This document shows positions 15,001 to 26,495 of a stretch of DNA of 64,000 bases, one piece after another. The stretch covers positions 6,304,497-6,368,496 of the forward strand of contig NC_081387.1 of the NCBI RefSeq assembly GCF_030684315.1, read 5' to 3'. Origin of the DNA: Stegostoma tigrinum (Eukaryota). The translations under genes were made by a program, and so were the position numbers. The notes under the pieces are model-generated. The model was not told where the DNA came from and ran no database searches. It was given only the letters and a program-made list of their open reading frames with translations. The number at the start of each line of letters is the position of its first letter. Position 1 is the stretch's first letter.

Positions 15001-16328
15001 CACCAGACTAAATTCACTCCTATCCAGATCCTGCCTCACCCTCCCAGACACTGTTAAAACCCACCAGACTAAATTCACTCCTATCCTGATCCTGCCTCAC
15101 CCTCCCAGATGCAGTTAAAACCCACCAGACAAAATTCACTCCCTTCCTGACCCTGTCTCACCCTCCCGGACACTGTTAAAACCCACCAGACTAAATTCAC
15201 TCCCTTCCTGACCCAGTCTCACCCTCCCAGACACTGTTAAAACCCACCAGACTAAATTCACTTCCTTCCTGACCCAGTCAAACCCTCCGGGACACTGTTA
15301 AAACCCACCAGACTAAATTCACTCCTATCCTGATCCTGCCTCACCCTCCCAGATGCAGTTAAAACCCACCAGACTAAATTCACTCCCTTCCTGACCCAGT
15401 CAAACCCTCCCAGACACTGTTCAAACCCACCAGACTAAATTCACTCCTATCCTGATCCTGCCTCACCCTCCCAGATGCAGTTAAAACCCACCAGACTAAA
15501 TTCACTCCCTTCCTGACCCAGTCAAACCCTCCCAGACACTGTTAAAACCCACCAGACTAAATTCACTCCCTTCCTGACCCAGTCAAACCCTCCCGGACAC
15601 TGTTAAAACCCACCAGACTAAATTCACTCCTATCCTGATCCTGCCTCACCCTCCCTGATGCAGTTAAAACCCACCAGACTAAATTCACTCCCTTCCTGAC
15701 CCTGTCTCACCCTCCCGGACACTGTTAAAACCCACCAGACTAAATTCACTCCCTTCCTGACCCAGTCTCACCCTCCCAGACACTGTTAGAACCCACCAGA
15801 CTAAATTCACTCCCTTCCTGACCCAGTCAAACCCTCCGGGACACTGTTAAAACCCACCAGACTAAATTCACTCCTATCCTGATCCTGCCTCACCCTCCCA
15901 GATGCAGTTAAAACCCATCAGACTAAATTCACTCCCTTCCTGACCCTGTCTCACCCTCCCGGACACTGTTAAATCCCACCAGACTAAATTCACTCCTAAC
16001 CTGATCCTGCCTCACCCTCCCAAATGCAGTTAAAACCCACCAGACTACATTCACTCCCTTCCTGACCCTCTCTCACCCTTCCGGACACTTTTAAAACCCA
16101 CCAGACTAAATTCACTCCCTTCCTGACCCAGTCTCACCCTCCCGGACACTGTTAAAACCCACCAGACCAATTCACTCCCTTCCTGACCCTGTCTCACCCT
16201 CCCAGACTCTGTTAAAACCCACCAGACTAAAGTCACTCCCTTCCTGACCCTGTCTCACCCTCCCGGACAGTGTTTAAACCCACCAGACTAAATTCACTCC
16301 CTTCCATCCCCTGCCTCACCCTCCTAGA
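1..16328 (+). repeat. 61-bp tandem satellite array (~267 monomers; begins upstream of the window)
   Basis: Consensus CACTCCCTTCCTGACCCAGTCTCACCCTCCCAGACACTGTTAAAACCCACCAGACTAAATT (61 nt) repeats continuously. Main variants are ...CCCTTCCTGACCCAGTCTCA and ...CCTATCCTGATCCTGCCTCA. The array ends at ~16328. Confidence 0.99.
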
Positions 16329-16495
16329 AACTTCATTGTCGATGTTTCCTTCTGACAGGTACTGCCCTTCGACTCATCGGCTGGGGTTGTTGCTTTGGGG
16401 TCAATGTCATGAGCCAAGGTGTTGTCTCACTTCGCCAGGTCTCATTTCAACACCTTCAGCTCTTGTCACACCCTCTGCCCACTACTCCACCATAT

Positions 16496-16522
16496 GCACA
16501 CACGCGCACACGCACACACACC
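16496..16522. repeat. Imperfect (CA)n microsatellite
   Basis: gcacacacgcgcacacgcacacacacc. Confidence 0.7.
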
Positions 16523-16609
16523 AAACACTGACAACAAATACTCAAACCTCGTTGAGTGAAGTTTGTGTCATGCAGTGTTTTGAATTTTTTTTCAAGGGCT
16601 TCTTTCTTA

Positions 16610-16820
16610 GCTCGAGGAAGTAGATTATCAGGCCCTGGGGATTTATCCCCCTTTAATCCCATCATTTTCCCCAATGCCATTTTCTTACTGATATCCTTCA
16701 GTTTCTCCTTCTTACTAAATCCTGTGATCCCCAACGTTCTTGGGCTGTTACTTGTCTCCTACTTTTGTGAAGACAGAACCGAAATATTCATTTCATTAAA
16801 CTTTTGTTTCCCATTATAAC
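16610..16820 (-). mobile_element. CR1 LINE ORF2 fragment (degenerate)
   Basis: Minus-strand translation LKGDKSPGPDNLLPR matches the CR1 KSPGPD motif upstream of RT. Confidence 0.7.
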
Positions 16821-17805
16821 TTCTGTTTTATGACGGTGCAGGGGGTTGTGGAGAGGGAAGGTTGGTTAGAGAGAACTGGTGGAAGAAGGAGAAATCAAAG
16901 TTTGAGCTGGTTTTTTGAACTCTCTTTAAGTTAGAAAAATTATGCCTGAAGATTTGATTGCTCCCTGGTTTGTCCTACCATGATGAAATTATTGCAAGTT
17001 CAGAGAACAAAATCTCAGTTATAAGAATTAAATGAATAATCTTCGAAGTTTACTGGCAGCTACCTGCGCGCATTCGTGTCTTCATGAGCCAAGCAAGATA
17101 CAATCCCATGTGCGTGTGATGTTACAGATCGTGGAGTTTGCTGAAGTGAACTAGCCAGTTACATCTCATGTATTCCTTATTCCTTTTGATTTATCTCTCG
17201 TCTGTCTGTCTGTCTGGAGCTGGAGGTCTAGAATCAAGAGTTTAAATCATAGGCAGTAATTGGATTGCCTTGTGGATTAACTTTGTTCTGCTTAAAGCTA
17301 CTGTATTTTTCTAGCAAACTTTGTTTTAAGCGGCACTTTATCAATCAGTGCTCTTGCTAAACTAGGAAAAATTTATCTACCTCAAAAACCACAAGTTACT
17401 GTGATGTCTGAGTATTTGTGCTGTAAATAAAGTATATCAGTGTTGTGTATACCTCCTGCATGATGTTTTTATTGCTCACTGTGTGTTTTTTACATTAATT
17501 TTAGGAGGTGTGTTAACGTTTTAACATAGCTTTTTTTGAGGGATGTTGATGTCTCTGTCTGTCTGTGTCAGTGATGTCGCTCTATCTCTGGCCTTGGTAA
17601 CAGCAACATTTAGGTGACCTTTCCAGTTCTGTTTCTAGTAGCCCCGAGATGTTGACAATGCCATTGAACGTGAAGACGTGATAGAGTTGCTGTCTTGCTG
17701 GAGATGTTCATTGCCAGGCACTTAAGTAGTATGAATGTTATTTTCTGTTTATCAGCTCAAGCCTTGATGTTGTCCCATTAGACAGGGACTGCCTCAGTAT
17801 TTATA

Positions 17806-19354
17806 CCAGATTTATCCATGGTTGCTCCGGGAAGCGAGAGAGGAGGTTGCTAAGCCGCTGGCGAAGATCTTTGCTTCCTTGCTTTCCATGGGAGTCGGAC
17901 TGGAAGATTGGAGGGAGGCAAATGTTGTCCCTCTTTTCAAGAAAGGGAATAGGGAAATCCCTGGAAATTATAGACCAGTCAGTCTTATGTCTGTGGTCAG
18001 CAAGGTTTTGGAAAGAATTCTGAGGGATAGGATTTATGACTATTTGGAAAAGCATAACGTGATTAAAGGGAGTCAGCGTGGCTTTGTGAGGGGCAGGTCA
18101 TGCTTTACAAATCTTATTGAGTTCTTTGAGGAAGTCATGAGACAGGTTGACGAGGGTCGAGCAGTGGATGTGGTGTACATGGACTTCAGCAAGGCATTTG
18201 ATAAGGTTCTCCACGGCAGGCTCATTCATAAAGTCAGGAGGTATGGGATACAGGGTGATTTGGCTGTCTGGATTCAGAATTGGTTGGCTGACAGGAGGCA
18301 GAGAGTGGCTGTAGATAGTAAGTATTCTGCCTGGAGGTCAGTGCTGAGTGGTGTCCAGCAGGGCTCTGTTCTTGGGCCTCTGCTCTTTGTAGTTTTTATA
18401 AATGACTTGGATGAGGAGGTTGAGAGGTGGGTTAGTATGTTTGCTGATGACACAAAGGTTGGAGGTGCTGTTGGTAGTATCGAGGGCTGTTGCAGGATTC
18501 AGCAAGACATTGACAGAATGCAGAGCTGGGCTGAGAAATGGCAGATGGAGTTCAACCTGGATAAATGTGAAGTGATGCATTTTGCAAGGTCGAACTTAAA
18601 TGCTGAATATAGGATTAAAGGCAGGATTTTTGGCAGTGTGGAGGAACAGCGGGATCTTGGTGTTCAAGTGCATAGCTCTCTCAAAGTTGCCACCCAGGTG
18701 GATAATGTGGTTAAGAAAGCATATGGTGTTTTGGCTTTCATTAACAGGGGGATCGAGTTTAAGAGCCGCGAGGTTATGCTGCAGCTCTACAAAACCCTGG
18801 TGAGACCACACTTGGAATATTGTGTCCAGTTCTGGTCACCCTATATTAGGAAAGATGTGGAGGCTTTGGAGAGGGTGCAAAGGAGGTTTACCAGGATGCT
18901 GCCTGGACTGGAGGGCTTGTCTTACAAGGAGATGTTGACAGAGCTCGGACTTTTCTCACTGGAGAGAAGGAGGAAGAGAGGTGACCTGATCGAGGTATAC
19001 AAGGTAATGAGAGGCATGGATAGAGTCGATAGCCAGAGACTTTTCCCCAGGGCAGGATTGACTGCCACGAGGGGTCATAGCTTTAAGGTGTTAGGAGGAA
19101 GGTATAGAGGAGACGTCAGAGGGAGGTTCTTCACCCAGAGTGTTGTGAGCGCATGGAATAGTTTGCCAGTGGTAGTCGTGGAAGTGGAGTCATTAGTGAC
19201 ATTTAAGCGACTGCTGGACATGCACATGGACAGCAGTGAATTGAGGGGAATGTAGGTTAGGTTATTTTATTTTTGGATTAGGATTATTCCACGGCACAAC
19301 ATCGTGGGCCGAAGGGCCTGTACTGTGCTGTACTGTTCTATGTTCTATGTTCTA
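17806..19354 (+). mobile_element. Young 5'-truncated CR1 LINE (RT ORF 17822-19255, 3'UTR and (TATGTTC)n tail)
   Basis: 477-aa ORF with NYRPVSL, DFSKAFDKV, QGSVLGP, FADDTK and RPHLEYCVQFWSP motifs, ending in ttctatgttctatgttcta. Confidence 0.97.
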
Positions 19355-19449
19355 AAACCTAAGAGGTCATGGGACAATGGCAAGTCAGTTTACAAGTTAT
19401 CACATGTGCATTTGACAAAGCATCTCTCTTTTATTTTTAACACATGAAA

Positions 19450-21200
19450 TGTATAAACTGTCATTTGTAGTTACACGTTATTCAGTATAAACAGTTCACA
19501 AAGAAAACTATTCAACATAACTGTTCACTGTAGTCTGTTGCACTTTTCTCTGAAGACTTCACATCTGGTGAGGGCACAAATTGTTGACCTTGGGTTATTT
19601 GAGTGAACTGCTGCTTCTCGTTCACTGCCCCCGTACCACTACACCTCCTGAGGAGTGAGCATGCATATTGTTCACAGTCTCATGACAAATTAGACAAGAA
19701 CTTTCCTCTGTAGTTTATGCATCCAGTAAATCACTGCACCCTTCTCACACCTGTTGGTCACAGTGCCTTTGTAATAGCTGTCACCTTGTCAGAACATTTC
19801 CTGTGTACTTGATTTCAGTTTTCTTCACATTTGCCTTTTTCAGTTTCCACTTCATCCGACAAGACCACTAGCAGTCACATGAGATTGTAGTCACAGTATG
19901 AGTAATGGCTTCTTTCATTGTCCTTCCACATCTATTCATGAGCAGATAATTCATAATAATATCCACTATCAGAAGATCCCTGATACTGTCACGCTGTCTG
20001 CTTTGATACACTTCTACAACAGTCATCAAAATCCTTCATTTCTAAACAGACTCTCAGATTTCCAGGTGTTGTTTTGCACAGCTACCATGCTGAAAATGCA
20101 TTCTGTAGGAGCTGTCTCTTGTTTGATAACTCCCTTTTCCCTCCAGCTCTACGATCTTTTCTTTCAGGTCGGACTTGAGGGCAACTGGATCCCCTCCTCA
20201 GCAAATGCTGCACCGGTCTCACAGTCCCTTTCTCCTTGAGATTACATATGTTGCCAATCTAAATTTAAGACTTGCTTCAGTGAAATGAATGGATTAACAC
20301 TCAACGTCTACTAGATGGATCTGTGAATCTTTATTGGGCCATCACATTGGCTTCTCAGCTTCACTTGTACTCTTGGGAAGAGTGTCGTTCAATTTGATAG
20401 CCTCAGTGTACCTTCGATGGGTTCATTTCAGGTCATCAAACTGAGCCACTTCAAACAGTGTCTGTGAAGATCATGATGTTGCATGAATCACCAGCATCTG
20501 TCTGAAAGTTTAAATTAATCTGATTCTCTCCTTTTGCAGTCAGTGTTCTAACCATAACACACCATTTGTTACCTTTAGGCTCAGTGATGCTAAAAGATTA
20601 TATGGTTTAGAATGACCCATTTAAAATCACCACCTGTTATGCCTCCAGTAATAATCAGCTTGGGCCTGCTTTACTTCTTTTGAGCAGAAGACTGTGTTCA
20701 AAGTGGTTCAGATTCTTGCATGTAACCAACAAATTCTCAACAACTTGAAGCCTTTTCTTTTCTGTAGTGTCCTCTTCTACATTTACATCCTGTACACTGG
20801 TCTTGATTTTTCTACTGGCTCTTCAGAAGTATTTCCTTTCTCCACCATTATGCTGTTCTGTTTGCCTGAACTGTGTCTCAGCATAATGCAAAACCTTGTC
20901 TGTTGTCTATTAATACTCTCCAGCTTTTAATGACAACCTCAGAGCTTCTCCATATATCAAACATTTTCTTGAAAACAAGTTTCTCCTCTCTCAGCAGATG
21001 TGCTGTCATGGTGGGTTCTCTTGTAAGGCATTCTTATCTCTCACAAGATTAGCTCTCAATTATCCAAATTCTCAGATTTCAGACAGATGCCTCAATGCTG
21101 TCACAAATCTGATCCATATTCTTTGCCACCTTCAGGGATCTAATGTTCAACACAGATTACTTACATGTAATCAGTAACGGAGTATTCAAAAAATAGCTTC
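19450..21200 (-). mobile_element. Highly decayed Gypsy-like LTR retrotransposon pol region (RNase H / integrase remnants)
   Basis: Minus-strand fragments resemble IFTD(H)..LKWL (~20440-20475), FCSKEVKQAQADY (~20655-20692) and VIYW...CLICH (~19680-19740). No long ORF. Confidence 0.4.
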
Positions 21201-21299
21201 AAGGATTTCAAAATTTCTCCGGCCTGATTTTTCTGCCCCCAGTTACGTCTCGAGTGCAGTATAACTTAGCTGTAGCTTGTACCTTGATTCCGATGGGAT

Positions 21300-22686
21300 G
21301 TGTCCTCGCATATTAAAGGGAATAGCCACAGTAATAATGAATGCATTGCTGGCAATCTTCTAGAAACCAATGGATTCTGGAAGAACCCCAGACAATTAGA
21401 AAACTGCCACCTAGATTTAAAAAGGAAAGGAAAGAACAAATGGGCAATGTTTGCTAGTTAGCTCTACACCTTTCATGGCAAAATCGAATCGTCACAAGTA
21501 TTTAGAATTAAATAGCAGGATCAAGCAGAAACAGCATGGCATTGTGAAATGATCATCATGCCTGAAAAAATAATAGAAATCCTTGAAGAAGAAACAAGCA
21601 AGATAGACACAGGATGGATGTAATATTTGGATTTTCACAGGCGTTTGAGGAGATACCATACATTAGGCTACTCAATACAAAAAGAGACCATGATGTTGGA
21701 GGTAGTATGTTAACATGGATAGAGGATTGGCTAACGAATAAAAGAGAGAGAAAATCAGGATAAGGGGGGCATTGTCATGACAGCAACCTGTCACTATTGG
21801 TGTGCCACAGGAATCAGTGTCAGGGAACAACTATTTACAAAATATATTGATGATATGAAAGAGAAAAGTGAATGTATGGCACAAATATGTGGGATGGCAA
21901 GTGGTGACGATGACACAAAGTGTCTGTAGAGGGATAGAAGAGAGGTTAACTGGGCACATACTTGGCAGATGGAATATAATGTGGGAAAATACAGGTTATG
22001 CACTTTGTCTGGAAGAATAGATGAACTGAATATTATTCAAATGCAGGAAGACTATGGAAAGCCACAAGACAGAAGAGTTTCCGGGTCTTCATTCATGAAT
22101 CACAAACAGCTCGCATTCAAGTTCAGCAGGAACTTTATTTGAAAAGGGATGGAGTATAAAAGTAAGAAGGTTTTGCGAAAACTGTAATGCCACTGGTCAG
22201 ACCACAGCTGGAGTACTGTGAACAGTTTCGGGCCTTTTGTCTCAAGGGAGATATGCTGGCAGTGGACGTAGTCCAGAGAAGGTTCACCAGGTTGGTACTA
22301 TGTTTGGAGGTTCTGTCTTATGGGGACAGATTGAGTAGGTTTGTCCTGTAGTCGTTGGAATATAGAAAAAAATGAGAAGTAGCCTTTCCCCAGAGTAGTG
22401 GAGACCAAAACTAGAGGGCGTAGCTTAATGTGGGAAAGGAACATGAGGGTGAGGTTTTCACATAGAGGGTAGTGTGCATATGGAATGAGCTGCCAGAGGA
22501 AGTGTTGGAGGCGAGCATAATACAACACTTAAAAGACATTTGGACAGATACATGGATAGGAAAGGTCTAGAGGATATGGGCCAAACACTGGCAAATGGGA
22601 CTAGTTCAGCTTAGGAGAGCTGGTCAGCTAGAAGGTGTTGGGCTGAAGGTTCTGTTTCTTTGTTGCATGTCTCTATGACTCTATGC
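21300..22686 (+). mobile_element. Old degenerate CR1 LINE RT region with 3' tail
   Basis: Remnants of DVIYLDF, WQMEYNV and RPQLEYC motifs; tail ctctatgactctatg at ~22672-22686. Confidence 0.85.
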
Positions 22687-23679
22687 CTACTCCAGATCCA
22701 ACTCTCACACCATGGACCCTTCAGGACCTAACTTTGGAGCACAGGGGCCTGTGTTATTTGCCATGCTTCTGCCAGGTCATTATGTGCAGGGGCAAACAGT
22801 ATCTTCCATATTCCTACAGACTGATCTTAATACAGACATAGACACAACGCTGAAGTGGGGAAATATACACGTTTAAACTTATGTAAAGAGAGAGATGCAT
22901 AGACCCAGAGAGAAATGAGAGTTCAGGTTCTCTCAAGACAAAGTTTTATCATGGTGTGGGGATCATTTTCCTTTGTAATGAAGACCAGGGGCTGGGCTCT
23001 CGGATGGCAAATCAGGATTTCCTTTCCAATTCAGCTTCAGCACATGGTCTGTGGCTGGGAAGGTCCTTCAACGGGAAGCTCCCTTTTAGCCACTTTTTAA
23101 AGACCGATCAAAATTGAAACAAAAAACACAGCAAGGCCGCCAATTTGAGAAAGGGTGGGAGTCTTCACTCACTGGAAAACTCCCAAACAAATGGGAAAGG
23201 CCAGGCAGTGACTATTATTAGCCTGTCTTTAACAGGGTTCCATAAACCTAGCGGTCTGTACCACCACAGGGACAAACAGCCCCAAGCCTGCAGGAAACGA
23301 TCGCGGACAGGAATAGGTTCTGGAGAAAGGCAGGGTTTTTGTAAATTTCACATCCTTTGTCGATGTGAATCAAACATGCAGCTCTTGTGGTCAAAACACT
23401 GCGGCTGTCCCAGTGACTGGTGAGTATTACATTTAATTGACAACACAGTGTGGATCTGGAGGAAAACAGCAAGCCAGGCTGTATCAAAGGAGCAGGAAAG
23501 CTGACATTTCTTCTGAAGAAGGGCCCTGACCCAAAACGTCGACCTGTCGCTCAACTTCCTGTTTGAGTTTGGACAAACGGTCAAATTTCGAGAGAAGTTG
23601 GAAAAAAAAGTCTCGACAGACATTTTTGTTTGTCATTTACAGTCTATTAGCAGCAGCTTTCATTCCATCAGTTTTTGCT

Positions 23680-24190
23680 TAACCCTGCCCAGGCTCAGCT
23701 GTGACACCCTCACTTTTGAATAGGCCGGGTTACCTCCGACACCAACATCATACTAACAACGAAAGAACTGCGGATGCTGTAAATCAGGAACAAAAGCAGA
23801 AGTTGCCGGAAAAGCTCAGCAGGTCTGGCAGCATCTGTGAAGAAAAAAAAATTAACCTTTCAGGTCCGGTAACTCGGTTCTGAGGACATGTCACCAGACC
23901 TGAAACGTTAACTCTGTTTTTCCTTCACAGATGCTGTCAGCCCTGCTGAGGTTTTCCAGCAACTTCGGTTTTTGTTACCAACTTCCTACTGGCTGTGTAT
24001 AAAGGGGTGATTAAAGAGCTCAGTGAAACACAGTGGGGATCCTGCTCTGGATTGTCCATCCCCCCTGTTTGACAGAGAGACTGTTCACGCAGTGACTGTC
24101 CCCCATGGTCTCACACTTCATCCTCCCAAATATTCCTGTCTCCCCTCATTTCAATCGGGATTAATCTTTACCACACCTTTCCTGGTCATA
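23680..24190 (+). repeat. Paralogous copy of gene A intron-1 segment 29870-30140
   Basis: Shared blocks such as ccaggctcagctgtga, tgtataaaggg.tgattaaa and ttgtccatccccc...tgtttgacagagagactgttcac. Confidence 0.85.
23755..23976. mobile_element. Fold-back Penelope-derived mini-element with ~14-bp TSD
   Basis: The two arms are reverse complements (gaagttgccggaaaagctcagcaggtctggcagcatctgtgaag / cttcacagatgctgtcagccctgctgaggttttccagcaacttc). TSD accaacatcatact (23741-23754) / accaacttcctact (23977-23990). Confidence 0.8.
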
Positions 24191-24212
24191 GCGACCTGCC
24201 CTTGGGTTATCC

Positions 24213-26495
24213 TGAGTTATCCTGGGAGCTCAGGGACGCGGCTGATGTCCATGACTCCTACACACGCAGGAAGTATGTCCAGCTGCGGCTCTTGTTGGAC
24301 CCCACATGATGGCTCTGGAATTGCAGCTGGACTCACCTTGGAGCATCCGCGATGCTGAGGACATCGTGGATAACATGTTTAGCAAATTGGTCATACAGCA
24401 GATGAGGATTGCTGAAGGAGAAGGGAAATGGGTGACCAACAGGCAGACAAAATGCAGGAAGGCAGTGCAGGGAAAATGAGTGGAAGAGCTGTAGTCATGT
24501 GGGGTTCGATTAAGGGGAGTAGATAGGTGGTTCTGTGGTCGAAAACCAGACTCCCAAATGGTACGTTGCCTCCCAGGTGCACAGGTCAGAGATGTCTCAG
24601 ATCGACTGCAGGACATTCTGAAGGGGGAGGGTGAACAGCCAGTTGTCATGGTGCATATAGGCTCCAATAACACGGGTAAAAAATGGGATGATGTCTTACA
24701 TGCAGAATTTAGGGAGTTAGGAGCCAATTTAGAAAGTAGGACCTCAGAGATAGTAATCTCTGGATTGCTACCAGTGCCACATGCTAGTCAGAGCAGAAAT
24801 GAAAGAATAATCTTGATTTATGAGGATAAATGGGATAAATGTGTGGCTTGAGAGATGGTGCAGGAGCGGGGGGGTGTCCAGATTTTTAAGACATTGGGAC
24901 CGGTTCTGAGGGAGGTGGGACTATTACAAATTGGATCGCCTACATCTGGGCAAGACTGGAACCAATGTCCTAGGGGGTACTTTTGCTAACACTGTGGGAG
25001 ATGGTTGAAATTAATGTGGTAGGGAGATGGGAACCAAATGAGGAGGTTAGTGGACAGTAAGGAGGTAGTAACTAAAGCCTGTAAGGAACTAGATAGTGAA
25101 GTCAGCGTTACTAAGGGGAAGAGTCGGCAGACAGCAGATGATCAACGCAAAGGGATGGGTGGTCTGAGGTGCATTTGTTTTAATGCGAGAAGTGTTTTAG
25201 GTAAGGTAGATGAACACAGGGCTTGGATTAGTACCTGGGAGGATGATGTTACTGCTATTACTAAGACTTGGTCAAGGGAAGGACAAGATTAGCAACTAAA
25301 TATCCCAACATATAGATGCTTCAGGCAGGATAGAGAGGGAGGTAAAAGGGGTGGAGGAGTTGCATTACTGGTCAAAGACGATATCACAGCTGTGCTGAAG
25401 GAGGGCACTATGGAGGCCTCGAGCTGTGAGGCAATATGGACAGAGCTCAGAAATAGGAAGGGTGCGATAACAATGTTGGGGCTGTACTACAGGGCTCCCA
25501 ACAGCAAGCGTGAGATAGAGGTACAAATATGGAGACAGATTATAGAAAGATGTAGGATGGTGGTGATGGGAGATTTTAATTTTCCCAACATTGACTGGGA
25601 TTCACTTAATGTTAGGGGTTTAGATGGAGCAGAATTTGTAAGCAGCATCCAGGGGGGTTTTATGGAGCAGTGTGTAAATAGTCCAACTCGGGGAGTGGAC
25701 ATACTGGACCTGGCATTGGGGGATGAGCCTGGCCAGGTGGTTGAAATTTCAGTCGGGGATTACTTTGGGAATAGTGATCATAATTCCATAATTTTTTGAA
25801 TACTCATGGGCAAAGATAAGAGTGGTCCGAATGGAAAGTGCAAAATTAGGGAAATGGCAAAATTAGCAAGGTTCGACAGGAGCTGGGGAATGTGGATTGC
25901 AAGCAGCTGTTTGAGGGAAATCTACACTTGATGTGTGGGAGGCTTTTAAAGAGAGGTTGATCAGAGTGTAGGGCAGACATGTCCCTGTGAAAATGAGGGA
26001 AAGAAAGGACAAGATTAGGGAACCATGGATAACAGGTGAAATTGTGAGACTGGCAAAGAGGAAATTGAAAGCATACATAAGGTCTAGGTGACTAAAAACA
26101 GATGAAGCTTTGGAAGAATATCGGGAAAGTAGGACCAATCTGAAATGAGGAATTAAAAGGGATAAAAGGGGTCATGAAATATGTTTAGCAAATAGGGTTA
26201 AGGAAAATCCCAAAGCCTTTTATTCATACATAAGGAGCAAGAGGGTAACTAGAGAAAGGGTTGGCCCACTCAGGGACAAAGGAGGTAAGTCATGCGAAGA
26301 GTCAGAGAAAATGAATGAGATTCTTCATGAGTAATTTGCATCAATGTTTGCCGAGGAGAGGGACATGACAGATGTTGAGGTGAGGGATAGATGTTTGATT
26401 ACTCTAGGGCAAGTTTTCATTAAGAGGGGGGAAGCGTTGGGTATTCTAAAAGGCATTAGGGTGGACAAGTTCCCAGGTCCAGATGGGATCTATCC
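24213..26495 (+). mobile_element. Degenerate CR1 LINE 5' part (ORF1 zinc-finger/esterase and ORF2 APE endonuclease)
   Basis: VRCLPGAQVRDVSDRL and VMVHIGSN (ORF1 esterase); LRCICFNARS, MGDFNFPNIDW and GNSDHN (endonuclease). Truncated at GPDGIYP by a Penelope insertion. Confidence 0.92.

Noticed and set aside
238-16236. Many short ORFs (LVWWVLTVSGRVR...) as a repetitive protein gene
   Set aside because: They are translations of a 61-bp unit that is not a multiple of three; stops recur regularly and there is no exon structure.
1-16328. CRISPR array
   Set aside because: There are no unique spacers, the whole unit repeats, the context is vertebrate and no cas genes are present.
16830-17560. Expected class I 3'UTR homology immediately after the satellite
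   Set aside because: No convincing match to 44215-45260 by eye. The region contains an AATAAA but remains unassigned, so it gives no support to the satellite-in-gene model.
17822-19255. Host gene, retron or DGR reverse transcriptase
   Set aside because: Typical CR1 RT with a CR1 3' tail and 5' truncation; a second copy lies at 54.7-56.4 kb.
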